A DNA stretch of 64,000 bases from Piromyces finnis finn. Its lineage: Eukaryota > Fungi > Neocallimastigomycota. A program made the position numbers and the translations under genes. The number at the start of each line of letters is the position of its first letter. Positions within the stretch are counted from its first letter, which is position 1. The stretch covers positions 558,001-622,000 of the forward strand of contig MCFH01000014.1 of the NCBI GenBank assembly GCA_002104945.1, given 5' to 3'. Positions 1-14,928 of this stretch are shown here, one piece after another. The notes under the pieces were generated by a model, which did not search any database, had not been told where the DNA came from, and saw only the letters and a list, made by a program, of their open reading frames with translations.

Positions 1-310
1 TTTTATAGAGTTTTATTAAATTATATAAAATCGACTTTAAAAAAATAAAAAGATAATAATCATTTTTTTTTATATTCACTAATTTAAATATTTAGTTTTT
101 TTTTTAACCTTTTGTTTTTTCTTTTAAAATATAAAATATTAAAATATTATTGAGTATTATTATTTATTTTTAGTAGATATTAAAAGTTTAATTTATAATA
201 TGCATATTTTGTACAATAATCAATATATTATTTAAATTATATTGATTAATTTCTCTTATTTTTTTTTTTTTTGTTAGTTATAAATATTATTGGATATTTA
301 TTGTGTGTAT

Positions 311-3300
311 TTAGGCAGTAAGCTCACTCTTTGTTGCTTCTTCACCCATTAAAGGATTAACATAAGTAAAACCTCTAAATAATTCTTGTTCATTGGCATT
401 TAAGTTACATTGAATTGGAGATAATTGAATTGGTTCATTAGTAAATTCTTCATCAAAGTGAGAAACATCCAATTTACCTTTCTGTAAATTTAAATAGAAT
501 TATTAATAGTGAAAAAAGGAAATAAATATTATTTTAGTATTTTTGTCTCTATTATTAAATAAAAATTGCATTTCGGATTATTATAAACTATGAAAAAAAA
601 AAAAAAAATACTAACGAATTTTGGAACGTATGGAACTGGAACTCTCTTTTCAAGCATAGCTTGCCAGTCAACATTCTTAAAGTATGGATGACTCTTAATT
701 TCTTTAGCATCAGCTTGAGATGCACCTAAACGCTTTCTTGGATCTTTCATTAATAACTATAGTGATTTAAAAAAAAAAAAAAGATATATTTACATTATTT
801 AAAATGATAACATGAATAAATATATTATTTGATTTATAGATTTAAATATAATTATATAATTATTAATTTTTTTTATTTATTTACCAATGAAGTTAATTGA
901 ATAGCTTCACGACCCATATGTTGTGGATAGAATGGTTGTGATTCAATGATATTACGGAAAAGTTCTTCATCATCTGAACCCTTGAATGGAGCACCACGAA
1001 CTAACATTTCATAAGTTAAAATACCGAAAGTCCACCAATCAACAGCACGAGTATATGGGTGACCCTTAAGTAATTCTGGAGCCATAAATTCTGGAGTACC
1101 ACAGAATGTAGTAGTGGTAGTGGAAACATCCATATTTTCCTTACATAAACCATAATCAGTAATCTTAATGTGACCATCAACAGTTAATAAAATGTTATCT
1201 AACTTTAAATCACGATAAATAATGTTCTTCTTATGAAGATATTCTAAAGCTAATAATACTTCACACAAGTAGAATTTAGCTCTTGAATGAGTAAAGTTAT
1301 TTTGACGAACGTGGTAAATTAAATCACCACCTTGAGCATATTCCATAACGAAATAAATTCTAGAAGCACTTGAGAAACAAGAGTGAAGGTTAACTAAGAA
1401 TGGGTGATTAATTGAAGAAACAGTTAAGAATACAGACTTTTCAGACATCATACTGTGAATTTCATCCTTTTCAACAATATATTGTTTCTTTAACATCTTA
1501 ATAGCATAGAGCTTCTTTGAAACTTTATCTTCGGCCAACATAACCTTACCAAAACTACCACGACCTAAAACTGTGATAAAGTGGAAGTCATCTAAAGTTG
1601 GTGGTTTAATAGCCTTCTTTGGAGCCTTAACAGAAGTCTTGGCAACTAAGATAGTATGACGATTACTTATTTCTAAAATCTTATCTCTTCTCTTTTTTTG
1701 TTCAGCCTTTTCAATTGCACTCATGAAAGACTTTGCCATTTCATTAGACATACCACAAAGGTTTGGAATTAAAACCTTACATTCATGATGGCAACACTTT
1801 CCACATTCAGTACACTTACTAATTTGGTTCTTACCAATTGGTAACATTAAACCACAGTGACAACACCAACCATTAGTTAAGTTTGTACTTGACTTGAACT
1901 TGTGTGGAATATTATAGTTAGAAATGAAAATATTAATACTATCATTTGCTTCATGATCATGGGTTCCCTTAGTAATACATTTAGCAATAATCATATCAGA
2001 ACATTTATTGTGACAGACATATCTACATTCGACACATTGATATCCACCATTCAAAATGAAACCACCACAAGCAGCACATTTGTAGAAAATATTATATGAA
2101 TCAGTGCTTACTAACTTGTGACCTTGTCTTATCATTAATTTGTCTGCATTCTTTCTACGTTGAATACCATTTTGAATACCATTTTGCTTCTTATCGTAAA
2201 CTGTTATTAAAATAATTTAATATAGGATAATAAAATGGGAATATAGTAATAGAACAAAAATTTATAAAAAAGTCAATAAACCTAAAGTATTCCTAATTTA
2301 TTAATTATACTTTTTTTTTTTTCATTTAATATAATTACCATATTTCATTTTTAATTGAATTTCACCGGCTGGTTCTAAATTTAAGGTATATAATTTAACA
2401 TCTTCACCATCTTCATGGAAAATAGCTCTTTTAAGATTTTCAGCTTCTTTAAGTTCAGATGGCTTAAACCATACTAAACCAACAACTGAAGTACTATTTT
2501 CTTTTATCATAATTTCAACTTCAGAATCTTTATCAGCAGTGACATCGAAATATTCATTCCATCTACCGAATTTGTTAGAAGAAGTATTTGCATAATGATG
2601 GCCATTAACACTAATAATAGCTCTTAAATCCATATCATCAGATAAAGTATTAAGCTTGGAAGCAGAAATAATTTTAATTTGTAATCTACCAGTATGTGAT
2701 GGATTTAAATAACTTATACCCTTTATTAATTTTTTTTCTTTTGAAGCATCTTTATTTTCATTACTTTTTTCTATTTATTTAAATTGTTTAAATAGTTATT
2801 TATTAGTTAATTCCTAATCCGATATGTTTTCAATAATAAATAATAATTAAAAAAAAAAAAAAAACACCTACGTTGTTCATCTTTTTTTCGTTATAAATAA
2901 TTATAAAATAAGAAAGAAATAAAAATAAAATAAATTAGAAGCATTATCAAATATATAATTATTTTATGCTAAATTACATATCTAAATATATTTAAAAGTA
3001 TATATTTATTATTCCTTTTTATATATATAATTTAATATTATTTACCATCAACAGAAAAATCAATTGGTGGACCTAAATATAAACCCTTGTATCTCTTTAA
3101 AGCATTATTTAAACATAAAATCTTATATTCATTTTCCTTAACTTTAGTCTTAGCTTCAATGTATTGATTTGAAGTTTCTAATACATTAGTACTATTCATA
3201 ACATCCATGACCTTTTCAGCACCAAGTTTAAATTTATTTTCAACTAATAATTTCTTGTGAATCTTTTTCATTCTATAGGCAACTTTTTCAGTGGAGAGGT

Positions 3301-3937
3301 TACTTTGGTTTTGAAGGAAATCTTTAAGTGTTTTACAATTTTATATATATTAAAAAAAAAGCAAACATCTAAATTTTAAAATATTTAATAAAAACTTACC
3401 AAAAGCAATCATATTTTCTAAAAGTATAAAGAAAAGTAAATAATATAAAAAAATAAAGATGAACATTATTTCGATTAATATTATAGTTTTTATCTCTTAA
3501 ATATATAAATATAAATTTTTATCTTATTATATAATATATTATACCTGATTCATTTAATTTTGTTTCAACCTTGGCATTAGAACCATTTTGTTTTTCCATT
3601 TGTTCTTTGTTTTTCAATAATTTTTCATATTCAGCTTTTAAAAATTGTAAACGTTCAGTTTGTTCTTGGATTTGGTTTTCACATTGTTGTAAAGCATGTT
3701 TATCCTTTAACATTTTAAACATGTTTAATAAACCAAGAAACAATTTGGTTTCAACTGTAATCTTGGTTCTAGTTTCATTAATTTTTTTTTCAATATCCTA
3801 TCATATATTATTTAAATGCATTTTTTAGTTATTAAATTTATACACATTATACTATATTATTAATTTATATCCAATATTTAATTTATATTTATTTATTAAC
3901 ATAATATACACTTGATAATATATACCTCACTAGACAT
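311..3937 (-). CDS. PKC1: Fungal-type protein kinase C (HR1-HR1-C2-C1-C1-kinase), multi-exon
   Basis: Exons give two HR1 coiled coils (3038-3828), a C2-like region (2322-2760), two C1 zinc fingers (HKL..CAAC..CVEC..CHNKC; CCHC..CTEC..CHHEC) and a kinase domain (GRGSFGKV, YRDLKLDN, DYG, TFCGTPEFMAPE). The C-tail is FRGFTYVNP...TA*. Start ATG TCT AGT GAG|gt at 3937; stop at 311. Confidence 0.93.
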
Positions 3938-6900
3938 TTTGGTATTATATATATAAATTACTGAATTGAAATGATTATTTTGGTTTTTTTTAATTTCTAT
4001 TTCAATGTTGTTTTTAGTGTATGTGTTTTCTTATTGTTATTTATTACTTTTAAATTTTAAAATTTGTAATGGGGAGCCTTTATTTATAATAAAAAAGGAA
4101 TTTAAGTGAATCACTTTTTTTATTAATTGCCTTAATAATGGCTCCGTTTATTTAAACTATAAAATAAATAGAGAAAATAAAATAAAAAATAAATAAAAAT
4201 ATATATTAATTCCTTTGTTTTTAACGAAATATTTATGGTTTAGTTGAGTGAGATTGATATATTATAGTCAAACAAATAATAATATAATAATTTTATCAAA
4301 ATAGATTTTATTAAATGATTATTTTTGATTCAATTGTTATTGTAGTTACTTTTTTGATAAATTTTGTTTATTATTTATTTGTTTTTTTTAATTGAATAGG
4401 AAAAATAAAATTGTTTTTTTTTTTTTTTGTTATTGTTGACTATTTATCTTGATTACCTTTATTGTTTTAGTTCTATTATTTAAAATTTATTCAATGAATA
4501 AATTATAATCTTTATAAATTTATCCAAAGTTTCCTTGGGATTTGATTAATTTCAATAAATAATTATCAAAAAAAAATAAATAAAAAAAAAGAAAATGTAG
4601 TAATTTTTTAAAAATATATAATAATTATAAAAAAATTTTTTTATTAACTATTATAAAATTTAATTTATTAATTAATAAAATTTAATTGGAAAATAAAGAA
4701 ATTTTATTTAATAAAGTTTTTTTTTTTTTGGGTAGTAGTTTTCCAAACAGAAGATAATTAAAAAAAAAAAAAAAAGATATATAAAATATAAAAAGTAAAT
4801 GAATTATAATAATTCTATGTCTAAAAATATCAATAATTATTATTATTTTATAATATAATTATTAATAATAAAATAAAAAACATAATTGTTGAATTACTCT
4901 ATGTCGAGATTTTTTGGTTCATTACCATCATTCCTACCACTCACTTAAAACTCATTTTGGTATGATAAAATAAAACTATTAAATTTTTAAATATATTAAT
5001 TATAGATAAACTAAATCTATTCATATATTACAATATACTTTAATTAATTAAATATTCATTAATTAATTATTTAATATATTAATAGTATATTTTAAGAATA
5101 GATTGTTTATATATTTAATATATTTTATTATATTGTATAAATATATTAAAAATTAATTATTCTTAAAAATCAAAGTTAAAATAAAAACATAGACTATAAT
5201 CAATCTTTTGAAAAAACATGGATTTCAATTATATTGATTATATTGTTAATATATTACATCATATATATAATTGATTTTATTTATATTAATATAATCAATT
5301 TTATAAAATATAATTTATTAAAAAAATATAATTGATTAATTTAATTTATTTAAATAGATTTTAATATATTCATTTAAATATAAAATATATAATTTAAATA
5401 TAAAATAGTATAATGTGGATTATAAATAATATATGCAATTTCAGTGTTACCTTTTTTGGGAAGTTAATTAAATTATAGTAGTACAAAAAATTTTATATAA
5501 AGAATAAAAGTGGCACAATTTATTATATCGAAATATTTGGTCACGAATACTAAAATTTATGTTATAAATTAATAAATTAATATTTTGTGGCAGATGTTAA
5601 AATGATATAAAGATTTCTAATTCAAAAAGGTTATATAGTAGAAACTTTATAATATTTGAAATATTCTATTCCTTCAAAAAAAAAAATTTCATTTTAAAAG
5701 TTGATAAGTTCATATAAAAGCAGATGACGCAAAATAAAATAGAAAATAATAATATTAATAGTGATAATTATAGTATCGTAGAATGTCCTTGTTATATATC
5801 AAAATATGTTTTTAAAATTTAATCATAAGAATAAAAAATATAAAGGTTAGGATATATTAATAAATGACATCTCCATTCTATATAATTATTACTTTTTATT
5901 ACTATTATTACTAGGATTATACTATTTATTATAAATAACAGAATAACAAAGTATTAGATTATTAATATTAAGATAAAAAAAGCATGTATATCTTTAATAT
6001 TTTTTTTATACCTTGGAATGAACAAGTTTAATGAACGATTCCTTTTAATAAACAGCCCAAGTCATACTAGAAAATCTTTTATAAACCTTTTTATTAGTTA
6101 TTTTATTTTATATAAAAATATTTTATTTACATAAATAATTAATATTATCAATTTTAATGCTTTTTTATTCTTTTTAAATAATACTATTATAAATAATAGT
6201 ATATTTATATATTTTAAATATTTATATATATTATATATTCTTTTTATAATTTTTACTTTTGCTATATAATATACTTTTTTTTTTTGATACAAAGAAACTT
6301 TAAAATGTGGATGATTTTAAATTACAATAATGATTTATACATTTACATTTACGTATTTTACAAATTTTATAATGTATTTATTAATTAATTATTTTTATAA
6401 TTTGGATGTAGAAATTAAATTTTTTTTTTTTTTTTTTTTTGCTTTAAATAATTATTCATAACAATTTATTAGTAAAAAAAATAAAAAATAAAAAAATAAT
6501 AATTAAAATAAAAAAAATTAAAAAATAAAATCAATTTGAAATCTAACATTAATTTATACGGATTTGGAATGCATTATTCTAAATTGTTTTAATAATTAAT
6601 TATTAAAAACTAATATGTTTTGTTAAAAGTAAATATATATATATATAATTATCAATAATTTCAGTTAAAAGATTATATTTAAAAGACACAATAAAGTATT
6701 ATCAGGAATTTTTCTTTTCATCAATCAATTTAAATCAATATTTTTATAAAAAGTATCAATATTGGATTTTAAAAAAAATAGATATGTCTATTTATTAATA
6801 TAAAGTAATAATAGTTTTAACATTGATTAAAGTATAAATTGATAGTACTTTAACTGTAGAACTCTAAAGAAATTTTAACATTATAAAAAAAAAAGGTTTT

Positions 6901-7209
6901 TTTTTTCATCTCATAAATAGCCTTGCTTTAATTCATCAATCGAAATCGACAATAAAATAATATATTTATTATAATTTATCAATTATTAAATATAAAATAT
7001 ATAAAAAGTATTATGATTTATTGAAATTTGAAATTCAAACTAAAAAATATCTAATATTATTAATATTTATACTTTTAATTTGTATAGTATTTTTTTTTTA
7101 AAAAATAAAATAAAATAAAATAAAATACCAATAAAATATTAGAGCAAAAATTTCATATAATTAAATTTAAATAAAACTAAAGTATAATTAAAAGGTTTAA
7201 CAAATAAAA

Positions 7210-10200
7210 ATGGACAAAGGTATTTTTTCATTAATAAATATCTTTTAAAAATAATAAATTATTGAAAAAAATTAAAATAATTATATTTATTTTGTGTATA
7301 TAGAAATTTGTCGTGTATGTAGAGGTGAGGGTACACCCGATCATCCACTCTTTTATCCATGTAAATGTTCTGGAAGTATGAAATATGTTCATCAAGATTG
7401 GTAAATACTATAAAAAAAATTCTTTTATATATTTAAAATTTAAATTTATTTATTTTATTTTATTTTTTTTTTTACTATTATTGAAAAGTTTGGAAGAATG
7501 GTTAGAACATAGTCATAAAAAGTAAGTGTTAAATATAAAAAAATAGCCATTTTAAATTTCAATAATTTAATATTTGATTTTTGAATTTTTAAATTTATAA
7601 AAAAAGATATTGTGAAATTTGTAATTATCAATTTTCGTTTTCACCAAGTAAGTTTTATATCCTAAAAATAATAATTGTATTAGATATAATATTGCGATAT
7701 TATTATATATATACTAATATAATATAAAAATTTAAAATTTTGAAAATTCTAAAAGTTTATGATGCTTCAGCCCCTGAAAAACTTTCCCTTTTGGTCTTTT
7801 TAAAAGCTATGATTAAGAAAACTTTTTCTATAGATAATATATATTTCAGAGTTCTTTATGCCATGCTTTTTTGGTTGATCTTAGTACCATATGCTACTCA
7901 CTGGATTTGGGTATTTTTTGAAGATCCATCAGTATTTACTGTTCCAGGAAAAACAGAAGCAGTAATTCGTTTTATATATTTAGCAGTTCGTTATAAGGAC
8001 AATGAAGAACTTTTTAAAAGAACATTAATATCTGTATTACAGTAAGTCTTAAATTTGCTAATTATAATCTATATAATCAATTGTTATTATCATTATCACT
8101 GTTGCTCCTTTTGTTCCTATAAAATTAATATTATATCATTTTTATTAATTTTGAATGATAGACGATTCAGTCGTGATGTATTCCACGGTCAAATAATAAC
8201 AGTTGCAACAATTTTAATTGGTTTAGTTGTTTTATGTCTTAAGGAATATGCTGATTTCAGAAGAAATAGAATTGTTGTAAATAATAATCAACCATTCCAA
8301 CAAGTTATTCAATTAGAAGAACAACTTATTAGAGAACAACAAATATTAGAACGTCAACGTCAACAATTAGAACAACGTCAACAACAACAACGTCAACAAC
8401 AAGAACAACTTTTAAGACAACAAATTCATGATTTTGAAATGTTATTAAATAATTTAGATGAAGCTAATAGATTACATAATAATATTCAACCAGAACAAAA
8501 TAATAATATTAATGAAGAAGATGATGAGGAAGATAAGGAATTCGAAAGTGAAAATGGAAATGATAACAGAACAATCAGTAGCGAAAATGACTCAAAAACA
8601 TTCGATGAACAAAAAGATGAATTTACTAATGAAGGTAAATTTATATATAAAGTTAAATTTAAAAATCGAATTTTCTTTAGGTAATTTTATTCATTATTAT
8701 CAGTTACAAAATGCAAATTAACACGTTTATTCTTTTATTGTATGTATATAAAAAGCAACAACATCTAAAAATGAAAAAGAAACTTCAGATGATCAAAATG
8801 AAAATATAAAAATAATTGAATCAAATGAAAATTTAGAAAAAGATAATAAAGATATAACAGATAATGTTATATTGGATGAATTAAATTTAAATGCAATAGA
8901 TGATAATGAAAATGAAACAAAGCTAAAAGAAGATATAGAAGAAAAGTTAATGGTAGAACAACCAGAATTAAATATCTCTTTAAAAACAGATTTGTCAAAT
9001 GAAAAAGGAAAAGAAAAAATAGAATCTGAATTTGATTTGAATCATTCGAATTTAGAAAAAGATTTAGAAAGTAATTTTTTTTTTAATTTAATTTAATTTT
9101 TTTTTATTAAAATTTAAGGTTTAAAGGTAAATTAATATATTTATTTTTTTATATCTTCTTTATTATGATAATATTAAATTTATATACAGATGAAAAAGAA
9201 AATTTTGTTTTTAATAATAGTATTAATACCATAGATAATCCTATCGAAAAAGACTTATTATTAGATAATATCTTTGATAACATTAAAACTACTGAATCGA
9301 AAAAGGATGAACCCATTAACATAAAGAATATTATAGATACCAATAATAATAGTGAACATCTTCTTTCTACAAGTGATAACGATGAAATAAATAACAATGA
9401 AGAAAATGAGGAGGAGGAGGATGATGACCATAATGAAATAAACAATAATGATAATGACAATAATGATAATGAAAATGATTTACAAAATAGAAACCCAATT
9501 AATATAAATAATATACCATTTGTAATAAACAATAATAATGGTAACATTAATCGTGTAAACCTTAATGATTTATTCAACAACAACAACAACAATAATAATA
9601 ATGATAATAATAATAATAATGTTAATATTAATCGAGTAAATCTTAATGATTTATTCAATAACAACAACAATAATAATAACAATAATAATAACGTTAATAT
9701 TAATCGTGTAAATCTTAATGATTTACTCAACAATAACAACAACAACAACAACAACAATAATAATAATAATAATGCTAATATCAATCGTATAAATCTTAAT
9801 GATTTATTTAACAATAATAATAACAACAATAATAATAATAATAATGGAAATGATTTATTTAATAATAATCTAAATAATATTAATATTATAAATAATCAAC
9901 AAGAAAATAACGATGGAGGTGTAACATTTTTAGAAGTACTTGGTATTCATGGTCCAATAGGAAATCTTTACCAAGATTGTTTCATGATACTTATTATTGT
10001 TACAGCAACTATTGCCATTACTGTTTGGCTTCCAAGCTTAATTGGTAAGGGTGGTGTTTGGTTATTGACAAATATTTTAACACCAACTGCTATTTGGGTA
10101 TTTGGAGTTGTAATGGAAGCTATTGAATATTTATTAATATTCTTTAATAATATTACTAGTCCAATTATTAATCCAATTGCTGATTTCTTAATCTATATTG

Positions 10201-12206
10201 TCACTTTAACTTCAAAATTCTTTAATTTTGGTATCGAAGTTAGTACTTTTAAAAATGAAGGTGTGAAAGAAGCTGTTACTTCAACAACTGTTATTGAAGA
10301 ACCTACAATTTCACCATATAACGTTACCATTCCAGAAATTCTAACTGAAGAAGAAAAGATTAAACTCAATAATGAAACAGCAGTTAATATTAATGGATAT
10401 TCCATTAAAAATATTCTTGTAGGTTATTTTTTGATCATTTGTGCTACCTATTTCTATGCAAAAAGAAATATATATCTCTTTGTATATACTCAAAACTTTA
10501 AAAACATGTTCAAAAATTGGATGAAATATGTTTTATTAAGTATCAAAGTAGTTTCCTTTATATTTATTGAATTAGCTCTTTTCCCAATGTTTTGTGGTGT
10601 ATTAATTGTATTCTGCACACTTCCAATTCTTGGACCTGATAGTACAATAGCTTCTCACTACAATTTCATTATTAATAATATATGGATATCTCAATTCTTA
10701 TATTGGTTAGCTGGTACAACATTTATGTTCCAATTAGCTTTATATGTCGGAACTATAAAAGAAATTCTTAGACCAGGTGCTCTTTGGTTCGTCAGTGATC
10801 CAAACGATCCTCAATTCCAACCTATAAAAGAAATTATTGAAAAACCGGTATTTTATCAATTAAGAAAACTTTTCAATAGTGCTTTAATGTATTTAGGTCT
10901 TATTTTAGGTAGTATTGGTGGTACAGTAGTATTACTTCAAATTGTTGGTATTCTTTGGATGTATATCTTCAACGGTAAAAATAGATATGGTATTGGAATA
11001 ATTTGGCCATTGAATTACGAATATAGTAATTCTGTCATTCAATTCCCAGTCGATTTAATTCTTTACCTACTTTTAGTTCCATTTATCATTAATGTCAATA
11101 AGACTAAGGCTACCGCTAAAAAAGCGATAGAATTTTGGTTCCGTAAAGTTTCTCACTGGTTACACATTTCCGAATATATGTTTAAAGGAAAATTTGAAGA
11201 TGAAGAAAGTGACTGTGAAGAAGATGATGATGATAACGATGCAGATAATGAAGTTGAAGAAGATATAACAGCAACAACTTCAGCTGTTCCTTACACTTGC
11301 GTCACTGAAAATCTTGAGGATGTGAATGAAATTAAGAAAGAAAAGGATGGTGATGTAAATACTCCAAAAACTGAAGAAAAAGCAATTAGAAAGAAGCATA
11401 AGCGTGCATTCCGCAAAATGCGTGTTCCAAATACTGATCGTATTAAAATTACCCCAGGAGAAAAAATTGTTATTCCAATGAATGATGGTGATGCTCTCTT
11501 CGGTAGAGAAGGAGAAACCCCAGAAGAAGTCAAAAAGAATTGGACCATCATTTACCGTCCAGATCATTTTAAATTACGTATCTATGGTCTTATTATTCTT
11601 CACTGGCTTACATGTATCACTCTCTTCAGTTCCGTTATTGCTACTCCTCTTGTATTAGGACGTTATGTTGTTAAAGTCATCGGCTCAAAATACTATGATT
11701 TCAATAATTATGTTAATGCACCATCTCAAAAGTCCATTCGTCCAGATTTACCATTACATGATGGACAATCCATGTTAATTGGAATCTTGATATTATTATC
11801 CATTGGTTTCACCATTTATTGTATTAATAAATTTATTGATAGCAATATGAAACGCACAGCAAAATTATGCTTCATATATGTAAAACTTTACTTTAAGGAA
11901 AAGATGAAGAAGGATAAATTAAAGACTGAAGATAAAACAAATGAAGTAGTAAAGGAATCTCATCCTAATCCTACACCTTCAACCATAAGATTAGAAGACA
12001 TTACAAATGAAGAATTAATGAATAATGAAGAGACTATTAATCTACTTAAAAATGAACAAGTTTTACCAGAACCACGTGTATTTATGTCTGTAGTCTTTAA
12101 TTGGTGGAAAAGATTATTCAAACGTACCTTTGATATTGTAAGTTTGATTGATAATGGCAGACTAGATTTTATATATAAATATATAAATATTTATTTATTT
12201 ATCTAT

Positions 12207-12305
<99 letters not shown>

Positions 12306-13125
12306 TTTTTTAATCTAGGTATTAAAATGTAGTTACATTTCAATTGTACTATTGTTTATCATACCAATGCTTTTCGGTTTAATTTTTGAATTCTACATTA
12401 TTTCCATAATCAGAATTTCATTACAACAATCTAGTGTTTTAGTAATTTCAGATGTAAGTAAAAAAAAAAGATATATTTTTTTAAATTCATTTTTATATTG
12501 TTATTTACACATATATCTATTTTTTTTTTTTTTTTTTATAACTCTATTAAATTAGATTTGGACCTATGGTTTAGTTCTTCTTAGTATAACGGTTTCAATT
12601 ATTAATCTTGGACCACAAATTCGTTTCAAGGCTATTTTCCAAGAAATTAAAAATGATGGTTTCTTTAACTTTAAATTAAGTGTATTACACAATGAAGTTG
12701 TTAAACCAACCATAAAAATTAGTTTCTATTTAATTATAGCGCCATTAATCTTTGCATACATTGTTTGTTGGATTTGGTATCACTTTATAAGTAAATATAT
12801 AAATATTATTTCATTATTATAAAATTAGTAAATTTATTATTAAAACAAGGGAGAAAAAAATTATGTCAAACTAAAAAAAAATATATGTATATATTTATTT
12901 ATTATTATTATTAATATTTATTATATAGATGAAGGTTTTAACTATCTTAAAGGCTATGAAATTATTAGATATAGTTTTATTTCTACTTTGGTTGCTTCCA
13001 TCTTTATTGAATTATGGTTCTATATTGTAGATGTTTGTAAGAAATGGATGGAAAGTGTAAAGGATGAAGAATATTTAATTGGTAGAAAACTTCATAATAT
13101 TGAAGAAGTTGAAGGAACAAATTAA
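7210..13125 (+). CDS. DOA10: RING-CH polytopic ER E3 ubiquitin ligase (Doa10/Ssm4/MARCH6), multi-exon
   Basis: Spliced N-terminus [55 protein letters not shown] (RING-CH). Many TM segments and a TD-like region ([20 protein letters not shown]). C-terminus is [21 protein letters not shown] introns. Confidence 0.93.
9541..9880 (+). repeat. Coding tandem repeat N[IV]NR[VI]NLNDL[FL] x4 (plus a partial fifth) separated by poly-Asn, within DOA10
   Basis: Copies begin near 9541, 9621, 9692 and 9772; AAC/AAT runs lie between them. Confidence 0.9.
12188..12307. repeat. (TTTA)n microsatellite in a DOA10 intron
   Basis: Directly visible; it explains the FIYL-repeat tail of ORF 9165..12332. Confidence 0.95.
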
Positions 13126-13301
13126 AAAAAAAAAAAAAAAAAAAATTAAAGGAATGATGTTTATGCCTATTCTATTAAAAGGGGAAAAAAAATAAAAATA
13201 AAATAAAAAATATTTATATCTTTTTTTTATTATTATTATTATTATTATTTTATTTAAATAAATTATTTTTTTATTTTTATTTTACATTTTTCTTTTTTCT
13301 T

Positions 13302-13332
<31 letters not shown>

Positions 13333-14452
13333 GGTTTTTTTTTTTAAATTAATGCATTGTAGAAAAAAAAAAGTATAAAAAAAAAAAAAAAATATCGCTT
13401 AAAAAAAAATTATATTAATAAAATAAAAAAAAAATAAATAAATAAATTATAAAAATAAAATCAATTTTATATTTCTTTTTCATACATTTTTTTCCTCTGA
13501 TATCATGAATTTAAATGGAAGGATTCCTTCCATCTCTTACAAATAAATATATTTTTAAAAAAAAAAAAATAAAATAATCATTGTTATTGTCAATTAAAAA
13601 CAAAGTTTTTTCTATTCTTATTATATTTAAAACGTATTATTTAATAGAAAGAAAAGAAGAAAAAAAAATGTTTTAATTCTTTTGAATATAAATTACTAAA
13701 AATCCATTAAATTGTAAAAAAATTGAAATTTTTTTAAAAATTACCATGTTGTGAAAAAAAATAAAACAATTTACTATATATTTATATACTAAAAAAAAAA
13801 AAAAAAATGTCCGTAAACTTAAGTATTTTTTTAATACCCATTATACATTTTCTTATCCCGCGTTCATAAATTAAACCTTTCAAAACTACTTCTACCCTTA
13901 AAAATAAATTTAATCAACAATAACTTTACAATTAAAACCTTAAAAAAACATACCAACAAGAATTAAAAATAATTCAAAACTAATTTTATTTCTACACACT
14001 TTCAACATTAAGTTAGTCACTTTAATTAACGGTTTTATTGAATAATATTCATCTATAATGAACTTTTTATCAAACTTCAAGTATTCTTGTTTTATTAATT
14101 TTAAAATCTTCACCTCTTTATAATATTTTAATTCAAATAAACTTATCTGTAATTTTAATAATGCCCACAAAATCATTTAAACTTAATAATACGTTGCAAA
14201 ATTTATTAAAAACATTTTCGAATCTGGGTGAGTGTTTCAATATATAATAGCATTTTAAATAAAAACTTAAAATTGATCTTCTTTTTTCTAAAAAATATAC
14301 ATAACGAAGAATCCGATTATTTTTTATTTTTTCATAAAAACTTTATTTAAATCAATTAAGGAACATTATATTAAAATTGATTTATTTTTGGTGTGTTAAT
14401 TATTCTCGCACAAAGATTAAATATTTTGTAAAATTACATTCTACAAATTAAT

Positions 14453-14928
14453 TTAATTCTTCTTAGACTTGGTGGAAGTTTGTGCCTTAAGAACCTTCTT
14501 AACAATCTTTTGTTCTTCAATTAAGAAAGCACGGATGATACTTTTATTTTTAAAATTATATTAATTATAATAATAAAAAATAATATATATTTGATAAGTA
14601 AAAAAAAAATACTCAATCTATATTATTTTAGTTGCATATTATGCATTTATTGTTTTTGTACTTACCGGCTTCTGACACAGCTGGCAGAAAGGTTACCACC
14701 GTAAGCTCTGTTAACGTGCTTCTTGGTCTTAGAGATACTTTGGTACTTTCTTGGGCGGAGAGCCTTGATACCACTGAGTGGAACACCAGATTCGGCACAT
14801 CTTGGAACCTTAGCGTTCTTGGAGATGTGGTGGAAAACTAATCTGTTTCCTGGAGTCTTAACAACACGGTTGTTGTTGGACTTGGTGTTGTATGATAAGC
14901 GTCTACGAAAAGTAACACGTTGAACCAT
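14453..14928 (-). CDS. RPL34: 60S ribosomal protein eL34, two coding exons (intron 14541-14665)
   Basis: MVQRVTFRRRLSYNTKSN...RAYGGNLSASCVRSR|IIRAFLIEEQKIVKKVLK matches the eL34 family. Confidence 0.97.

Noticed and set aside
9149-9829. Leu-rich 226-aa ORF on the minus strand
   Set aside because: Antisense shadow of the Asn-rich DOA10 exon.
13940-14176. 78-aa minus-strand ORF downstream of RPL34, with a gtatgt donor near its end
   Set aside because: No recognisable homology; the spliced continuation stops at once; composition is non-coding-like.
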